DNA from: Deltaproteobacteria bacterium
Lineage (GTDB): Bacteria > Desulfobacterota > Binatia > UBA12015
Length of the DNA: 64,000 nucleotides
Assembly (NCBI GenBank): GCA_016874795.1
Contig: VGTG01000010.1
Coordinates: 9,740-73,739 of the forward strand
Direction of reading: 5' to 3'
Shown: one piece after another, positions 1 through 9,353 of the stretch
How the letters are laid out: each line of letters starts with the position of its first letter
Numbering within the stretch: position 1 is the stretch's first letter
The notes under the pieces: model-generated
Seen by the model: only the letters and a program-made list of their open reading frames with translations
What the model was told of the DNA's origin: nothing
The model's database searches: none
Translations under genes and position numbers: made by a program

Positions 1-472
1 CGAGGGCCGCGCGCCGGAGCATGCCTCCCGAGAGCTGCCCCGGAAGAAGACCCTCGACGTTCCCGAGACCGACGGCGTCGAGCTGCGCGCGGACCGCTTG
101 CGCGATCGCCGCGCGATCGAGATCCGTGTGCTCGCGCAGCGGCAGCGCGAGGTTGTCGAAGACGCTCAAGGAGTCGAGCAGCGCGCCGTGCTGGAAGAGC
201 ATGCCGATCCGCGAGCGCACCTCGGCGAGGCTCGTGTGCGGATCGGTGACATCGTGGCCGGCGACCTCGACCCGTCCTGCCTCGGGCTGGATCAGACCGC
301 CGATCAACCGCAGGAGCGTGCTCTTGCCGGATCCGCTGCCGCCGAGCACGACCGTGATGCGGCCGCGCGGGAACGCGCAGGACAGCGAATCGAAGACGGT
401 GCGGCCGTCGAAGGCCATATGCACCCGGTCGAATCGAACGTGAGCGTCAAACGAGGCGGGGCGGTCCATCAT
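1..472 (-). CDS. ABC transporter ATP-binding protein (MlaF/LolD-like); partial, C-terminus beyond window start
   Basis: Minus-strand translation from ATG at 472 reads MMDRPASFDAHVRFDRVHMAFDGRTVFDSLSCAFPRGRITVVLGGSGSGKSTLLRLIGGL, with a Walker A motif (GGSGSGKST). The ORF runs off the window edge and is absent from the ORF track. Confidence 0.8.
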   Translation of the reverse strand, partial: MMDRPASFDAHVRFDRVHMAFDGRTVFDSLSCAFPRGRITVVLGGSGSGKSTLLRLIGGLIQPEAGRVEVAGHDVTDPHTSLAEVRSRIGMLFQHGALLDSLSVFDNLALPLREHTDLDRAAIAQAVRAQLDAVGLGNVEGLLPGQLSGGMLRRAAL

Positions 473-594
473 CGATCGAGCGCCGTCGGACGCCGTCCTC
501 TCCGGAACTATCAGAGGCACCGATGCGGCACCAGCGCGCCGGAGCACGCTCGGCGCGGCTCGACGCGTCGAAACGACGCCGTCGAACCGGAGAG

Positions 595-666
595 TGCGCC
601 CGCCAGGAATCGAACCTGGACTTAGGGTTCCGGAGACCCTCGTGATATCCTTTTCACCACGGGCGC
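595..666 (-). tRNA. tRNA-Arg (anticodon CCG)
   Basis: 72-nt cloverleaf read by eye: acceptor GCGCCCG/CGGGCGC, anticodon loop CTCCGGA, T-arm GGTTCGATTCC. Confidence 0.8.
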
Positions 667-816
667 TCGGCTTCCTCTCTTACAGGACGTCCCGCGAGGC
701 TGCCATGCGCAGCGGCGTCCCGCCGCGGTCCAGCGGCCGCCGTCGGCGCACGAAAGGCCGCGCACTGGCGACGCGGGCGGTCGAAGGGTAGAGAAGGCCG
801 GGACCGGGCTTCCGAT

Positions 817-890
817 TGGGCGGTCGCCAAGTTTGGTAAGGCACCGGATTTTGGTTCCGGCATTCGAAGGTTCGAATCCTTCCCGCCCAG
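817..890 (+). tRNA. tRNA-Gln (anticodon TTG)
   Basis: 74 nt: acceptor TGGGCGG/CCGCCCA, anticodon stem CCGGA/TCCGG with loop TTTTGGT, T-loop GGTTCGAATCC. It sits just upstream of prs, a common arrangement. Confidence 0.8.
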
Positions 891-929
891 CTCAGCGGCG
901 GCGAGGACTCGCACCGGAATTCGTCGAGC

Positions 930-1901
930 ATGGACGGAAAGAACCAGGGCGACGTCGCCAAGGACGCGATCAAGATCTTCGCCGGGAACTCGAACCCGGA
1001 GCTCGCGCGCGACATCTGCACGTGCCTCGGCGTCGGCTTGGCGCGAGCGGAGCTGCGCCGCTTCAGCGACGGCGAGATCAACGTCGACATCCAGGAGAAC
1101 GTGCGCGGCGGCGACGTCTTCGTCCTCCAGTCGACCTCGACGCCGGGCAACGACCACTTGATGGAGCTGCTCCTGATGCTCGACGCGCTGAAGCGTGCTT
1201 CGGCCGCGCGCATCACCGCCGTCATGCCGTATTACGGCTACGCGCGGCAGGACCGGAAGGTCGCCCCGCGCGCGCCGATCAGCGCGAAGCTCGTCGCGGA
1301 CCTGATCGAGACGGCGGGCGCCTCGCGCCTCCTGACGATGGATCTGCACGCGGGCCAGATCCAGGGATTCTTCAACATTCCGGTCGACAACCTCTACGCG
1401 ACGCCGGTGTTGCTGCGTCATCTGCGCGAGCGCGTCGCGGACACGGCCTGCACGGTGATCTCGCCCGACGCCGGCGGCGTCGAGCGTGCCCGTGCGTTCG
1501 CAAAGCGCCTCGACGGCTCCCTCGCGGTCATCGACAAGCGCCGCTCCGGTCCGAACGAAGTCGCCGAGATGCACATCATCGGCGAGGTGCGGTCGCGCAT
1601 CGCGATCCTCGTCGACGACATGGTCGACACGGCCGGCACGCTGACGAACGCGGCCAAGGCTGCCATCGAGGCCGGCGCACAGGAAGTGCTCGCGGTGTGC
1701 ACGCACGCGGTCCTCTCCGGACCTGCGATCGATCGGCTCGAGGCGTCGCAGATTCGCGAGCTGATCGTCACGAACACCATCGCGCACGCCGACCACGTCC
1801 GGGCGTGCAAGAAGATCCGCTCCCTCTCGGTCGCGCAGCTCATCGCCGAAGCGATCCGGCGCACGCACCACGAGGAGTCGATCAGCTCGCTGTTCATCTG
1901 A
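930..1901 (+). CDS. prs: ribose-phosphate pyrophosphokinase (PRPP synthetase)
   Basis: 323-aa ORF: [26 protein letters not shown]...[11 protein letters not shown]...[10 protein letters not shown], the typical Prs sequence. Confidence 0.95.
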   Translation: MDGKNQGDVAKDAIKIFAGNSNPELARDICTCLGVGLARAELRRFSDGEINVDIQENVRGGDVFVLQSTSTPGNDHLMELLLMLDALKRASAARITAVMPYYGYARQDRKVAPRAPISAKLVADLIETAGASRLLTMDLHAGQIQGFFNIPVDNLYATPVLLRHLRERVADTACTVISPDAGGVERARAFAKRLDGSLAVIDKRRSGPNEVAEMHIIGEVRSRIAILVDDMVDTAGTLTNAAKAAIEAGAQEVLAVCTHAVLSGPAIDRLEASQIRELIVTNTIAHADHVRACKKIRSLSVAQLIAEAIRRTHHEESISSLFI

Positions 1902-1929
1902 CCGGCGCAAGTTCTCAAGGAAGAGCAAA

Positions 1930-2601
1930 ATGGAAGCACTCGTACTCGAGGTCGAGAAGAGGGAGGCGGGCGGGAAGGGCCGTGCGCGCCGGACGCGCAT
2001 GGGCGGTCGCGTGCCGGGGATCTTCTACGGACCGGCGACGCCCGCGACTCCCGTGCAGGTGGACGCGCTCCTCTTCGATCGCCGCATCCGTGGCCTCGAG
2101 GGAACGCGCCTGATCGAGCTGCGCTCGGGGGACGCCGCGCTGAACGGTCGCCTCGTGCTGATCCGCGAGCTGCAGGAGCATCCCGTCACGGGCGCCGCGG
2201 TGCACGTCGATCTGATGGAGGTTCCGCTCGACAAGCCGATCGACATCGAGATTCCGCTCCATTTCGTCGGCAAGGCCGAGGGCGTCACGCTCGGCGGCAT
2301 TCTCCAGCCGATCCTGCGCGAGCTTCCCGCACGCTGCTTGCCGACCGAGATTCCGCCCGCGATCGAAGTCGACGTCTCGGGCCTCGCCATCCATCAGAGC
2401 ATCCACGTGTCGGACTTGACGCTTCCGTCCGGCGTCACCGCGACGATCGACGAGGACGAGGCCGTCGTCACGGTCGTTCCGCCGGCGGCGGCTGCCCCCG
2501 AGGGCGCCGAGGGCCAGGAGGCCGCAGGAGCCGAGGGCGAGGCCGCCAAGCCTGCGGAAGGCGGCGAGGGCGGCGGCTCCGCCGAGAAGTCGAAGTCCTG
2601 A
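1930..2601 (+). CDS. rplY: 50S ribosomal protein L25 / general stress protein Ctc, with an Ala/Glu/Gly-rich C-terminal tail
   Basis: 223 aa: EVEKREAGGKGRARRTRMGGRVPGIFYGP...; prs-ctc-pth synteny. Confidence 0.9.
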   Translation: MEALVLEVEKREAGGKGRARRTRMGGRVPGIFYGPATPATPVQVDALLFDRRIRGLEGTRLIELRSGDAALNGRLVLIRELQEHPVTGAAVHVDLMEVPLDKPIDIEIPLHFVGKAEGVTLGGILQPILRELPARCLPTEIPPAIEVDVSGLAIHQSIHVSDLTLPSGVTATIDEDEAVVTVVPPAAAAPEGAEGQEAAGAEGEAAKPAEGGEGGGSAEKSKS

Positions 2602-2609
2602 TCGAGTCC

Positions 2610-3239
2610 GTGCGGCGCGCGATCGTGGGCCTGGGAAATCCGGGCCCGCGTTACGTGGGGACGCCCCACAACGTGGGGTTCGTGGTCCTCGACGCGGTCG
2701 CGTCGCGGCTCGGGATCGCGCTCGACCGGCGCGACCACGGTGCGATCTGGGGCCGCGGCAGCCGGGAGGAGCTCGGAGAGATCGTGCTCGCGAAGCCGCA
2801 GCGCTACATGAACCGGAGCGGAGGACCCGCGCGCGCGGTGCTCGAGGAATGCGGCGTCGCGGTGCCGGACGTCCTGGTCGTCCACGACGACCTCGACCTC
2901 GATCTCGCGCGCGTCAAGCTCAAGCGCGGCGGCGGTGCCGGCGGTCACCGCGGGCTCGAGTCGCTCCTCGAGGAGCTCGGAGACGCATCGTTCTGCCGCC
3001 TCCGGATCGGCATCGGCAGGCCGCCCGCGGGAGACGCCGCGGACTACGTGCTCGGGCCGTTCCCGTCCGGGCAGGAGGCCCTGGTCGCCGACGCCCTCGG
3101 GCGCTCCGCCGAGGCGGCTCTCTCCTGGCTCTCCGTCGGGATGGACGCCGCGATGAACCGCGTCAACGCGGCCGCGGCTCGACCGGGCTCGCCCGAAGAG
3201 CTCCCTGCGCCATCCGCGCGGGGCCCCGTTGAACGCTAG
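2610..3239 (+). CDS. pth: peptidyl-tRNA hydrolase
   Basis: VRRAIVGLGNPGPRYVGTPHNVGFVVLD (GTG start); classic Pth N-terminus. Confidence 0.92.
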   Translation: MRRAIVGLGNPGPRYVGTPHNVGFVVLDAVASRLGIALDRRDHGAIWGRGSREELGEIVLAKPQRYMNRSGGPARAVLEECGVAVPDVLVVHDDLDLDLARVKLKRGGGAGGHRGLESLLEELGDASFCRLRIGIGRPPAGDAADYVLGPFPSGQEALVADALGRSAEAALSWLSVGMDAAMNRVNAAAARPGSPEELPAPSARGPVER

Positions 3240-3278
3240 CAGCCCGGTTGCTAGGGGAACTGCTTTTCCGGAGGCGAG

Positions 3279-3686
3279 ATGCGTTGCTACGAATCCACGC
3301 TTGCCCTGCACCCCGACCTCGGTGAAGCCGGCGTCCAGGAGCAGATGGAGCGAGTCCGGCAGATCATTGCCGCGCACGGTGGCTCGATTCGCGAGGTCGC
3401 GGAGTGGGGCCAGCGCGATCTGGCGTACCCGATCCGCAAGCAGCGTCGCGCGATGTTCCAGGTCGTCGTGTACGACGGCACCGGCGCCACGGTGTCCGAG
3501 CTCGAGCGCAACCTGCGCATCTCGGATCACGTCCTCCGCTACATCACAGTAAGGGTCGATCCGGATCGCCCGCCCCTCGACATCGGGAGGCAGCGGCGCG
3601 CTTCGTCCTCCGAGGACGAAGACGGCGGTAGCGAAGAGGGCGGGGGCGACCTCGAGGATGCGGAGGACGTCTCGGGCGGCGCCTGA
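3279..3686 (+). CDS. rpsF: 30S ribosomal protein S6 with acidic C-terminal tail
   Basis: MRCYESTLALHPDLGE...MFQVVVYDGTGATVSELERNLRISDHVLRYITVRVD. Confidence 0.92.
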   Translation: MRCYESTLALHPDLGEAGVQEQMERVRQIIAAHGGSIREVAEWGQRDLAYPIRKQRRAMFQVVVYDGTGATVSELERNLRISDHVLRYITVRVDPDRPPLDIGRQRRASSSEDEDGGSEEGGGDLEDAEDVSGGA

Positions 3687-3710
3687 GCGTTCACAGAGAG
3701 AAAGAAGACG

Positions 3711-4067
3711 ATGCGGGAGTCGAACGACACGGACGACGGGAACGAGTACGGCGGCGGGGGTCGGGGTCGCCCCGGAGGCTACGGCCGTTCGGGCGACGGC
3801 GATCGTCGCGGCGGTCGCGGTGGCCGCTCGGACGGGCCGTTCCGGCGGCGCGGCGGGCGTCGCAAGGTATGCCGCTTCTGCGCCGAAAAGACTCTTCCGA
3901 TCGACTACAAGGAAGTGAAGATCCTCTCGAACTTCATCACCGAGCGCGGCAAGATCATACCGTCGCGCATCACCGGCAACTGCGCACGCCATCAGCGCCG
4001 CCTCCGCGATGCGATCAAGCGCGCGCGTGCTTCGGCGCTTCTTCCCTTCACCCTGCTGCGTCGCTGA
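3711..4067 (+). CDS. rpsR: 30S ribosomal protein S18 with RGG/Gly-Arg-rich N-terminal extension
   Basis: C-terminal [49 protein letters not shown] is canonical S18; the N-terminal ~55 aa are Gly/Arg-rich. Confidence 0.9.
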   Translation: MRESNDTDDGNEYGGGGRGRPGGYGRSGDGDRRGGRGGRSDGPFRRRGGRRKVCRFCAEKTLPIDYKEVKILSNFITERGKIIPSRITGNCARHQRRLRDAIKRARASALLPFTLLRR

Positions 4068-4077
4068 GGAGTGAAGC

Positions 4078-4575
4078 GTGTCTCATAGCCGAAGCCAGGA
4101 AGTGATCCTTCGCGAGGACGTCGAGCACCTCGGCAGCATGGGCGAGGTGGTCCGCGTCAAGGCGGGCTACGCGCGCAACTATCTCCTGCCGCGCGGCCTG
4201 GCGGTGACCGCCAGCCGCCGGACGCTGGCCGATCTCGAGCATCAGAAGCGGCTCGTCGAAGGAAAGCGCGGACGCGAGCGCAAGGCCGCCGCGACGGTCG
4301 CGGATCGCGTCGAAGGGCTGGTCCTCGAGATCGCCGCGCGGGCGGGCGAGGAGGAGAAGCTCTACGGCTCGGTGACGAACATCGACATCGAGAAGCTCCT
4401 CCAGGCGCAAGGCGTTCGCGTCGATCGCCGGCGCATCGACCTGCAGGATCCGATCAAGCGTCTCGGAACCTACCGCATCACCGTAGGCATCGCGCACGAC
4501 GTCAAGGCGACGTTCACGCTGAAGGTCGTCGGCAAGGGAGGCGCCGACGGCGAGGACGCGGGCGCGGGCGAGTAG
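4078..4575 (+). CDS. rplI: 50S ribosomal protein L9 (true start may be the GTG near 4102)
   Basis: QEVILREDVEHLGSMGEVVRVKAGYARNYLLPRGLAV; rpsF-rpsR-rplI synteny. Confidence 0.9.
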   Translation: MSHSRSQEVILREDVEHLGSMGEVVRVKAGYARNYLLPRGLAVTASRRTLADLEHQKRLVEGKRGRERKAAATVADRVEGLVLEIAARAGEEEKLYGSVTNIDIEKLLQAQGVRVDRRRIDLQDPIKRLGTYRITVGIAHDVKATFTLKVVGKGGADGEDAGAGE

Positions 4576-4611
4576 CCGTCGCGCGACGGCGCGTCGCGCC
4601 CACACAGCTCC

Positions 4612-5169
4612 ATGTCGGACTCGAGGGTGCTCGAGAGGCGCTCCGTACTGCGCGGCCGCGTGATCGACGTCGGCGTCGAGCGCGTGCGCCTGCCGAACGG
4701 CCGCGAGACGCAGCTCGAGATCCTGCGCCATCCCGGAGCGGCCGCGATCCTGCCGGTGACGGAGGGGGGCGAGGTCGTTCTGATCCATCAGTTCCGGCAC
4801 GCCGCGGACGGCTACCTCTGGGAGCTCCCGGCCGGGACGCGAGAGAAGGACGAGGAGCCGCTCGCCTGCGCGCGCCGCGAGCTCACCGAGGAAACGGGGC
4901 TCGAAGCTTCGACGTGGCTCGACCTCGGCGACATGACGCCGGCGCCGGGGTACACGAACGAGCGCATCCAGCTCTTCCTCGCGCGTGACTTCACGAGCGC
5001 TCCCGAGAAGCGCGACGACGACGAGCTGATCACCGAGGTGCGTCGCGTCCCGGTCGCCGAGGCGCTCGCGTGGGCGGCGGATGGGACCGTCGTCGATGCG
5101 AAGACGATCGTGGCGCTCTTCCGCGCGGTGCAGCGCGGGCTCCTTGCAACCCGCCGCGGGGCCTCGTGA
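4612..5169 (+). CDS. NUDIX hydrolase (ADP-ribose pyrophosphatase-like)
   Basis: Nudix box GTREKDEEPLACARRELTEETGL. Confidence 0.85.
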   Translation: MSDSRVLERRSVLRGRVIDVGVERVRLPNGRETQLEILRHPGAAAILPVTEGGEVVLIHQFRHAADGYLWELPAGTREKDEEPLACARRELTEETGLEASTWLDLGDMTPAPGYTNERIQLFLARDFTSAPEKRDDDELITEVRRVPVAEALAWAADGTVVDAKTIVALFRAVQRGLLATRRGAS

Positions 5170-6215
5170 AGGTCGGCATCGCAGGATTCCCCGGCGCCGG
5201 GAAGACGACGATCTTCAACGCGCTGACCGGTCTCTCCGCGGAGACCGGACCGGGCAGCTCCGCTTCGGGCAAGGTCAACCTCGGCGCGATCAAGGTGCCG
5301 GACGAGCGCGTCGACCGTCTCACCGAGGTCTTCCAGCCGAAGAAGACGACCTACGCCGAGATGACGTTCGTCGACTTCCCCGATCCGCCGGGCGAGTCGA
5401 GTCGTCTCGATCCGAAGGTGATCACGCAGATGCGCGAGGTCGAAGCGCTCGCGCACGTCGTGCGCGCCTTCGAGGATCCGACGCAGCCGGTCGCGGCGGA
5501 CCCGCTTCGCGACCTTGCGAGCTTCGCGACCGAGCTGATCGTCGCGGACCTCTCGATCGTCGAGCGTCGCCTCGAGCGCGTCGCGAAGGAGAAGGGAAAG
5601 GAGCGCGAGAAGGAGCTCCTGACGCGCGTGAACGAACGCCTCGAAGCGGAGCAGGAGCTTCGCGGCATGGAGCTGACGAACGAGGAGGAGACGGCGCTCG
5701 CGGGCTTCGGCTTCCTCTCGCGGAAGCCGCGTCTCGTCGTCGTCAACGTCGACGAGAGCGCGCTCGCGGAGGGCGTTCCCGCCGAGATCCGCGCGCAGAC
5801 CGACGCCGCCGGTCTGCAGGCGATCGCGATCTCCGGCAAGGTCGAGATGGAGCTCGGCGAGCTCGAGCCGGACGAGCGCCGCGTGTTCGAGCGCGACCTC
5901 GGCCTCGCCGAGTCCGCCCGCGATCGCTTCATCCGCGCTTCCTACGCCCTTCTCGACCTGATGAGCTTCCTCACGAGCGGCGAGGACGAGGTGCGTGCGT
6001 GGACGATCCGTCGCGGCGACACCGCGCAGATCGCCGCCGGGAAGATCCACAGCGACATCGCACGTGGTTTCATCCGTGCGGAGGTCGTCCCCTTCGCGGA
6101 TCTCGTCGAGCTGGGCAGCGAGGCGCGATGCCGGGAAGCGGGAAAGCTCCGCCTCGAGGGGAAGGAGTACGTCGTCGCAGACGGCGACGTGATCCACTTC
6201 CGTTTCAATGTCTGA
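5166..6215 (+). CDS. ychF: ribosome-binding ATPase YchF (Obg-family GTPase)
   Basis: VKVGIAGFPGAGKTTIFNALTG... C-terminal TGS-like FIRAEVVPFADLVELGSEA. The GTG start overlaps the NUDIX stop (GTGA). Confidence 0.9.
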   Translation: MKVGIAGFPGAGKTTIFNALTGLSAETGPGSSASGKVNLGAIKVPDERVDRLTEVFQPKKTTYAEMTFVDFPDPPGESSRLDPKVITQMREVEALAHVVRAFEDPTQPVAADPLRDLASFATELIVADLSIVERRLERVAKEKGKEREKELLTRVNERLEAEQELRGMELTNEEETALAGFGFLSRKPRLVVVNVDESALAEGVPAEIRAQTDAAGLQAIAISGKVEMELGELEPDERRVFERDLGLAESARDRFIRASYALLDLMSFLTSGEDEVRAWTIRRGDTAQIAAGKIHSDIARGFIRAEVVPFADLVELGSEARCREAGKLRLEGKEYVVADGDVIHFRFNV

Positions 6216-6292
6216 GCGAACGCCGGCGGTGCCTTCGCGTTGACAGTAGTGACCGCCATTGGTACCCGGGGCCGTTGATCCGGCGCACGCGC

Positions 6293-6364
6293 AGGCACGT
6301 AGCTCAGTGGGAGAGCGCCTCCTTGACACGGAGGAGGTCGGCGGTTCAATCCCGCCCGTGCCTA
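6293..6364 (+). tRNA. tRNA-Val (anticodon GAC)
   Basis: AGGCACG acceptor, D-arm GCTCAGTGGGAGAGC, anticodon stem CCTCC/GGAGG with loop TTGACAC, T-arm GGTTCAATCC. Confidence 0.8.
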
Positions 6365-6389
6365 TCGTTCCGTTGCGCTACCGCTTCTC

Positions 6390-8306
6390 ATGCAGAGCTC
6401 GCCCCACAAGTCGCCTTCGCAGCCGGTGCCGGTCCAAGCCGGGGAATCGGCTTCGCAGGCGTTCGCGCGCGCTGGGATCGGCTCGGGTGCGATCGGAGCG
6501 AAGCAGGGCGGTAAGCTGATCGACCTCGGCCGCCCGCTCGCGCAGGGCGGAGAGGTCGAGCCGGTCCTTCCCGACAGCGCCGGCGGGCTCGACATCCTCC
6601 GGCACTCGACCGCGCACCTCCTGGCGCAGGCCGTGAAGCGTCTCTTCCCCGAGGCGCAGGTGACGATCGGTCCGGTGATCGAGGACGGCTTCTACTACGA
6701 CTTCTCCTTCTCGCGCGCGTTCACACCGGAGGACCTCGAGCGCCTCGAAGCGGAGATGCGTCGCATCGTCGACGAGGACCATCCGGTGCAGCGCACCGTC
6801 GAGGACCGGCCGGTCGCGGTCGCGCGCTTCGAGAAGATGGGCGAGGCCTACAAGGCGGAGATCATCGCCGGCTTCCCCGAGGGCGAGGAGATCTCGCTCT
6901 ACTCGCAGGGCGAGTTCGTCGATCTCTGCCGCGGTCCGCACGTGCCCTCGACCGGTCGGATCGGCGCGTTCAAGCTCACGCACGTCGCGGGAGCGTACTG
7001 GCGCGGCGACGAGCGGAACGAGATGCTCCAGCGCATTTACGGCACAGCGTTCCCGACGCAGGCCGAGCTCGACGAGCACCTCGCCCTCCTCGAGGAGGCG
7101 AAGAAGCGCGATCACCGGAAGATCGGTCCCGCGCTCGAGCTCTTCTCGCTGCATCCGGTGGCGCCTGGGATTCCGTTCTTCCATCCGAAGGGCACCGTCG
7201 TCTACAACGTGCTCGTCGAGTACATCCGGAACCTGTACCGCCGCTACGGCTACCAGGAGGTGATGACGCCTCTCCTCTACAAGACCGACATCTTCAAGAC
7301 TTCGGGTCACTACGAGGCGTATCGCGAGGACATGTTCCTCGCCGAGGCCGACGGCGAGGAGTACGGCGTCAAGCCGATGAACTGCCCGGGACACGTCTAC
7401 TTCTTCTCACAGGGGAAGAAGTCGTACCGGGATCTGCCGGTCCGCCTGGCGGACTTCTCACGGCTGCACCGGTTCGAGCGCTCGGGCGTACTCTCCGGCC
7501 TGACGCGCGTCCGCGGGTTCACGCAGGACGACGCGCACATCTTCTGCACGCCGGAGCAGATCGACGACGAGTTCGCGTCCTTCATCGCGATGACGAAGGA
7601 AGTGCACCGCGCCTTCGGGCTCGGCGACGTCGAGGTCGCGGTCGAGACCCGTCCCGAGAAATACATCGGGGACCTCGCCTTGTGGGACGAGGCGGAGAGG
7701 GCGCTGCAGGAGGGCCTCGACCGGGCCGGCTTCGCTTACACCGTGAACCCCGGAGATGGGGCGTTCTACGGGCCGAAGATCGCCTTCAATTTCCGCGACG
7801 TCCTGAAGCGCTCCTGGACCCTCTCGACGATCCAGATCGACTGCGCGATGCCTGACCGCTTCGGGATCCGCTACATCCGCCCGGACGGGCAGGACGGCCG
7901 CCCGGTGATGCTGCACCGGGCGATCCTCGGCTCTCTCGAGCGGTTCATCGCGATCCTGATCGAGCACACCGCCGGCGAGCTGCCGCTCTGGCTGGCGCCG
8001 ATTCAGGTCCGGGTGCTAAACGTCACCGACCGCGCCGCGGACCACGCACATGCTCTGGTGCGGCGGCTCGCGGACCGTGGGGTCCGCGCCGAAGTGGACG
8101 ATCGCAACGAAAAGCTCGGGTTCAAGATCCGGGCAGCAGAGATGCAGAAGATCCCCGTGCTCGCCGTCGTCGGAGACAAGGAAGTCGCCGCCGAGGCCGT
8201 CGCGCCGCGTTGGCGGCACGAGGGCCGGGGCGGTGAGAAGGGCCAGCCGCCGCAGCCCGTGGCGAGCTTCGTCGACGAGGTTGCGCAGCGCGCGGCCCTG
8301 CCGTGA
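6390..8306 (+). CDS. thrS: threonine--tRNA ligase
   Basis: 638 aa: HSTAHLLAQAVKRLFPEAQVTIGPVIEDGFYYDF, HRDLPVRLADFSRLHRFERSGVLSGLTRVRGFTQDDAHIF, and a class II aaRS core. Confidence 0.95.
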   Translation: MQSSPHKSPSQPVPVQAGESASQAFARAGIGSGAIGAKQGGKLIDLGRPLAQGGEVEPVLPDSAGGLDILRHSTAHLLAQAVKRLFPEAQVTIGPVIEDGFYYDFSFSRAFTPEDLERLEAEMRRIVDEDHPVQRTVEDRPVAVARFEKMGEAYKAEIIAGFPEGEEISLYSQGEFVDLCRGPHVPSTGRIGAFKLTHVAGAYWRGDERNEMLQRIYGTAFPTQAELDEHLALLEEAKKRDHRKIGPALELFSLHPVAPGIPFFHPKGTVVYNVLVEYIRNLYRRYGYQEVMTPLLYKTDIFKTSGHYEAYREDMFLAEADGEEYGVKPMNCPGHVYFFSQGKKSYRDLPVRLADFSRLHRFERSGVLSGLTRVRGFTQDDAHIFCTPEQIDDEFASFIAMTKEVHRAFGLGDVEVAVETRPEKYIGDLALWDEAERALQEGLDRAGFAYTVNPGDGAFYGPKIAFNFRDVLKRSWTLSTIQIDCAMPDRFGIRYIRPDGQDGRPVMLHRAILGSLERFIAILIEHTAGELPLWLAPIQVRVLNVTDRAADHAHALVRRLADRGVRAEVDDRNEKLGFKIRAAEMQKIPVLAVVGDKEVAAEAVAPRWRHEGRGGEKGQPPQPVASFVDEVAQRAALP

Positions 8307-8325
8307 GCGCCGAGGAGTCAGACCG

Positions 8326-8523
8326 ATGCCGAAGATGAGGACCAACCGCTCCGCCGCCAAGCGCTTCCGCGCCGTCGGCAACGGCAAGATCAAGCGAGCG
8401 AAGGCGTTTGCGCGCCATCAGATGTCGGCGAAGAGCCGCAAGCAGAAGCGCCGCCTTCGCGCTGGCGTGATCGTCTCCGCCGCGGACGCACCGGGTATCC
8501 GGCGCCTCCTGCCGTATCTCTGA
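8326..8523 (+). CDS. rpmI: 50S ribosomal protein L35
   Basis: MPKMRTNRSAAKRFRAVGNGKIKRAKAFARHQM, an in-frame ATG inside a longer out-of-register track ORF. Confidence 0.9.
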   Translation: MPKMRTNRSAAKRFRAVGNGKIKRAKAFARHQMSAKSRKQKRRLRAGVIVSAADAPGIRRLLPYL

Positions 8524-8547
8524 AGCGACCTCCAGGAGGAACGAGCC

Positions 8548-8907
8548 ATGCCGAGGGCGAAACGCGGAACGAAGGCGCATCACCGCCGCAAGAAGATCAT
8601 GAAGCTCGCCAAGGGCAACGTCGGCGGGCGACGCAAGCTCTATCGCCAGGCGCGCGAGACGGTCGAGAAGGCGCTCACGTACGCCTATCGCGACCGGCGG
8701 GTACGGAAGCGTGACTTCCGCTCGCTCTGGATCGTGCGCATCAACGCGGCCGCGCGACCGCACGGCCTGTCCTACAGCCGGTTCATCGCCGGCCTGAAGC
8801 AGGCCGGGATCGAGATGGATCGCAAGGTCCTCGCCGACCTGGCGATCCGCGACGCCACGGCCTTCGGCGAGATCGCGGCGAAGGCGAAGGCGGCTCTCGC
8901 CGCCTGA
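8548..8907 (+). CDS. rplT: 50S ribosomal protein L20
   Basis: [70 protein letters not shown]. Confidence 0.95.
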   Translation: MPRAKRGTKAHHRRKKIMKLAKGNVGGRRKLYRQARETVEKALTYAYRDRRVRKRDFRSLWIVRINAAARPHGLSYSRFIAGLKQAGIEMDRKVLADLAIRDATAFGEIAAKAKAALAA

Positions 8908-8966
8908 CGCCGGCGCCGATCGTCGTTCGTGCGGGCACGATCCCTGGAACCCTGGAGGGCCTTCGC

Positions 8967-9296
8967 ATGACCAAGGCGGACATCGTCGAGCGTATCTACG
9001 AGCGGGCGCGTGTCTCCAAGAAGGACGCGTCCGACGTGGTCGACCTCGTGTTCGAGGTCATCAAGACCCACCTCGAGGGTGGCGAGAAGGTCAAGCTCTC
9101 CGGGTTCGGGAACTTCGTCGTCCACGAGAAGCGGCCCCGGAAAGGGCGGAACCCGCAGACCGGCGAGGAGATCACGATCTCGGGCCGCCGGGTGCTCTCG
9201 TTCAAGGCGAGCCAGGTCCTGAAGGGAACGATCAACCAGGGCGTCGTCGATCACGGCGGCGGCGAGCCCCGCTCCCCGCTCTCGAGCGGCTCCTGA
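8967..9296 (+). CDS. ihfA: integration host factor alpha-like / HU-family DNA-binding protein
   Basis: MTKADIVERIYERARVSKKDASDVVDLVFEVIKTHLEGGEKVKLSGFGNFVVHEKRPRKGRNPQTGEEITI. Confidence 0.85.
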   Translation: MTKADIVERIYERARVSKKDASDVVDLVFEVIKTHLEGGEKVKLSGFGNFVVHEKRPRKGRNPQTGEEITISGRRVLSFKASQVLKGTINQGVVDHGGGEPRSPLSSGS

Positions 9297-9303
9297 GCCG
9301 CTT

Positions 9304-9340
9304 TTGGAGCCGGTGCCGGTCGCGGCGGCCGGCTCCCCTC
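9304..9340. terminator. GC-rich hairpin between convergent ihfA and a minus-strand hypothetical gene (possible bidirectional terminator)
   Basis: GGAGCCGG...CCGGCTCC 8-bp arms enclosing further GC pairing; no clear U-tract. Confidence 0.35.
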
Positions 9341-9353
9341 GCGGGCGCCGCGC

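Noticed and set aside
654-2000. Long antisense ORFs throughout the window (e.g. 654-2000 -, 2394-3992 -, 4812-6329 -, 18339-21506 -, 21740-23452 -, 25455-28073 -, 28426-30840 -, 38090-42022 -, 46157-51481 +).
   Set aside because: They are Arg/Pro/Ala-rich and low-complexity, and lie antisense or out of frame to well-supported genes. This is the typical open-frame artefact of about 70% GC DNA.
8307-8325. Expectation of infC between thrS and rpmI.
   Set aside because: The gap is 19 nt, so no gene can be there. infC must be elsewhere.
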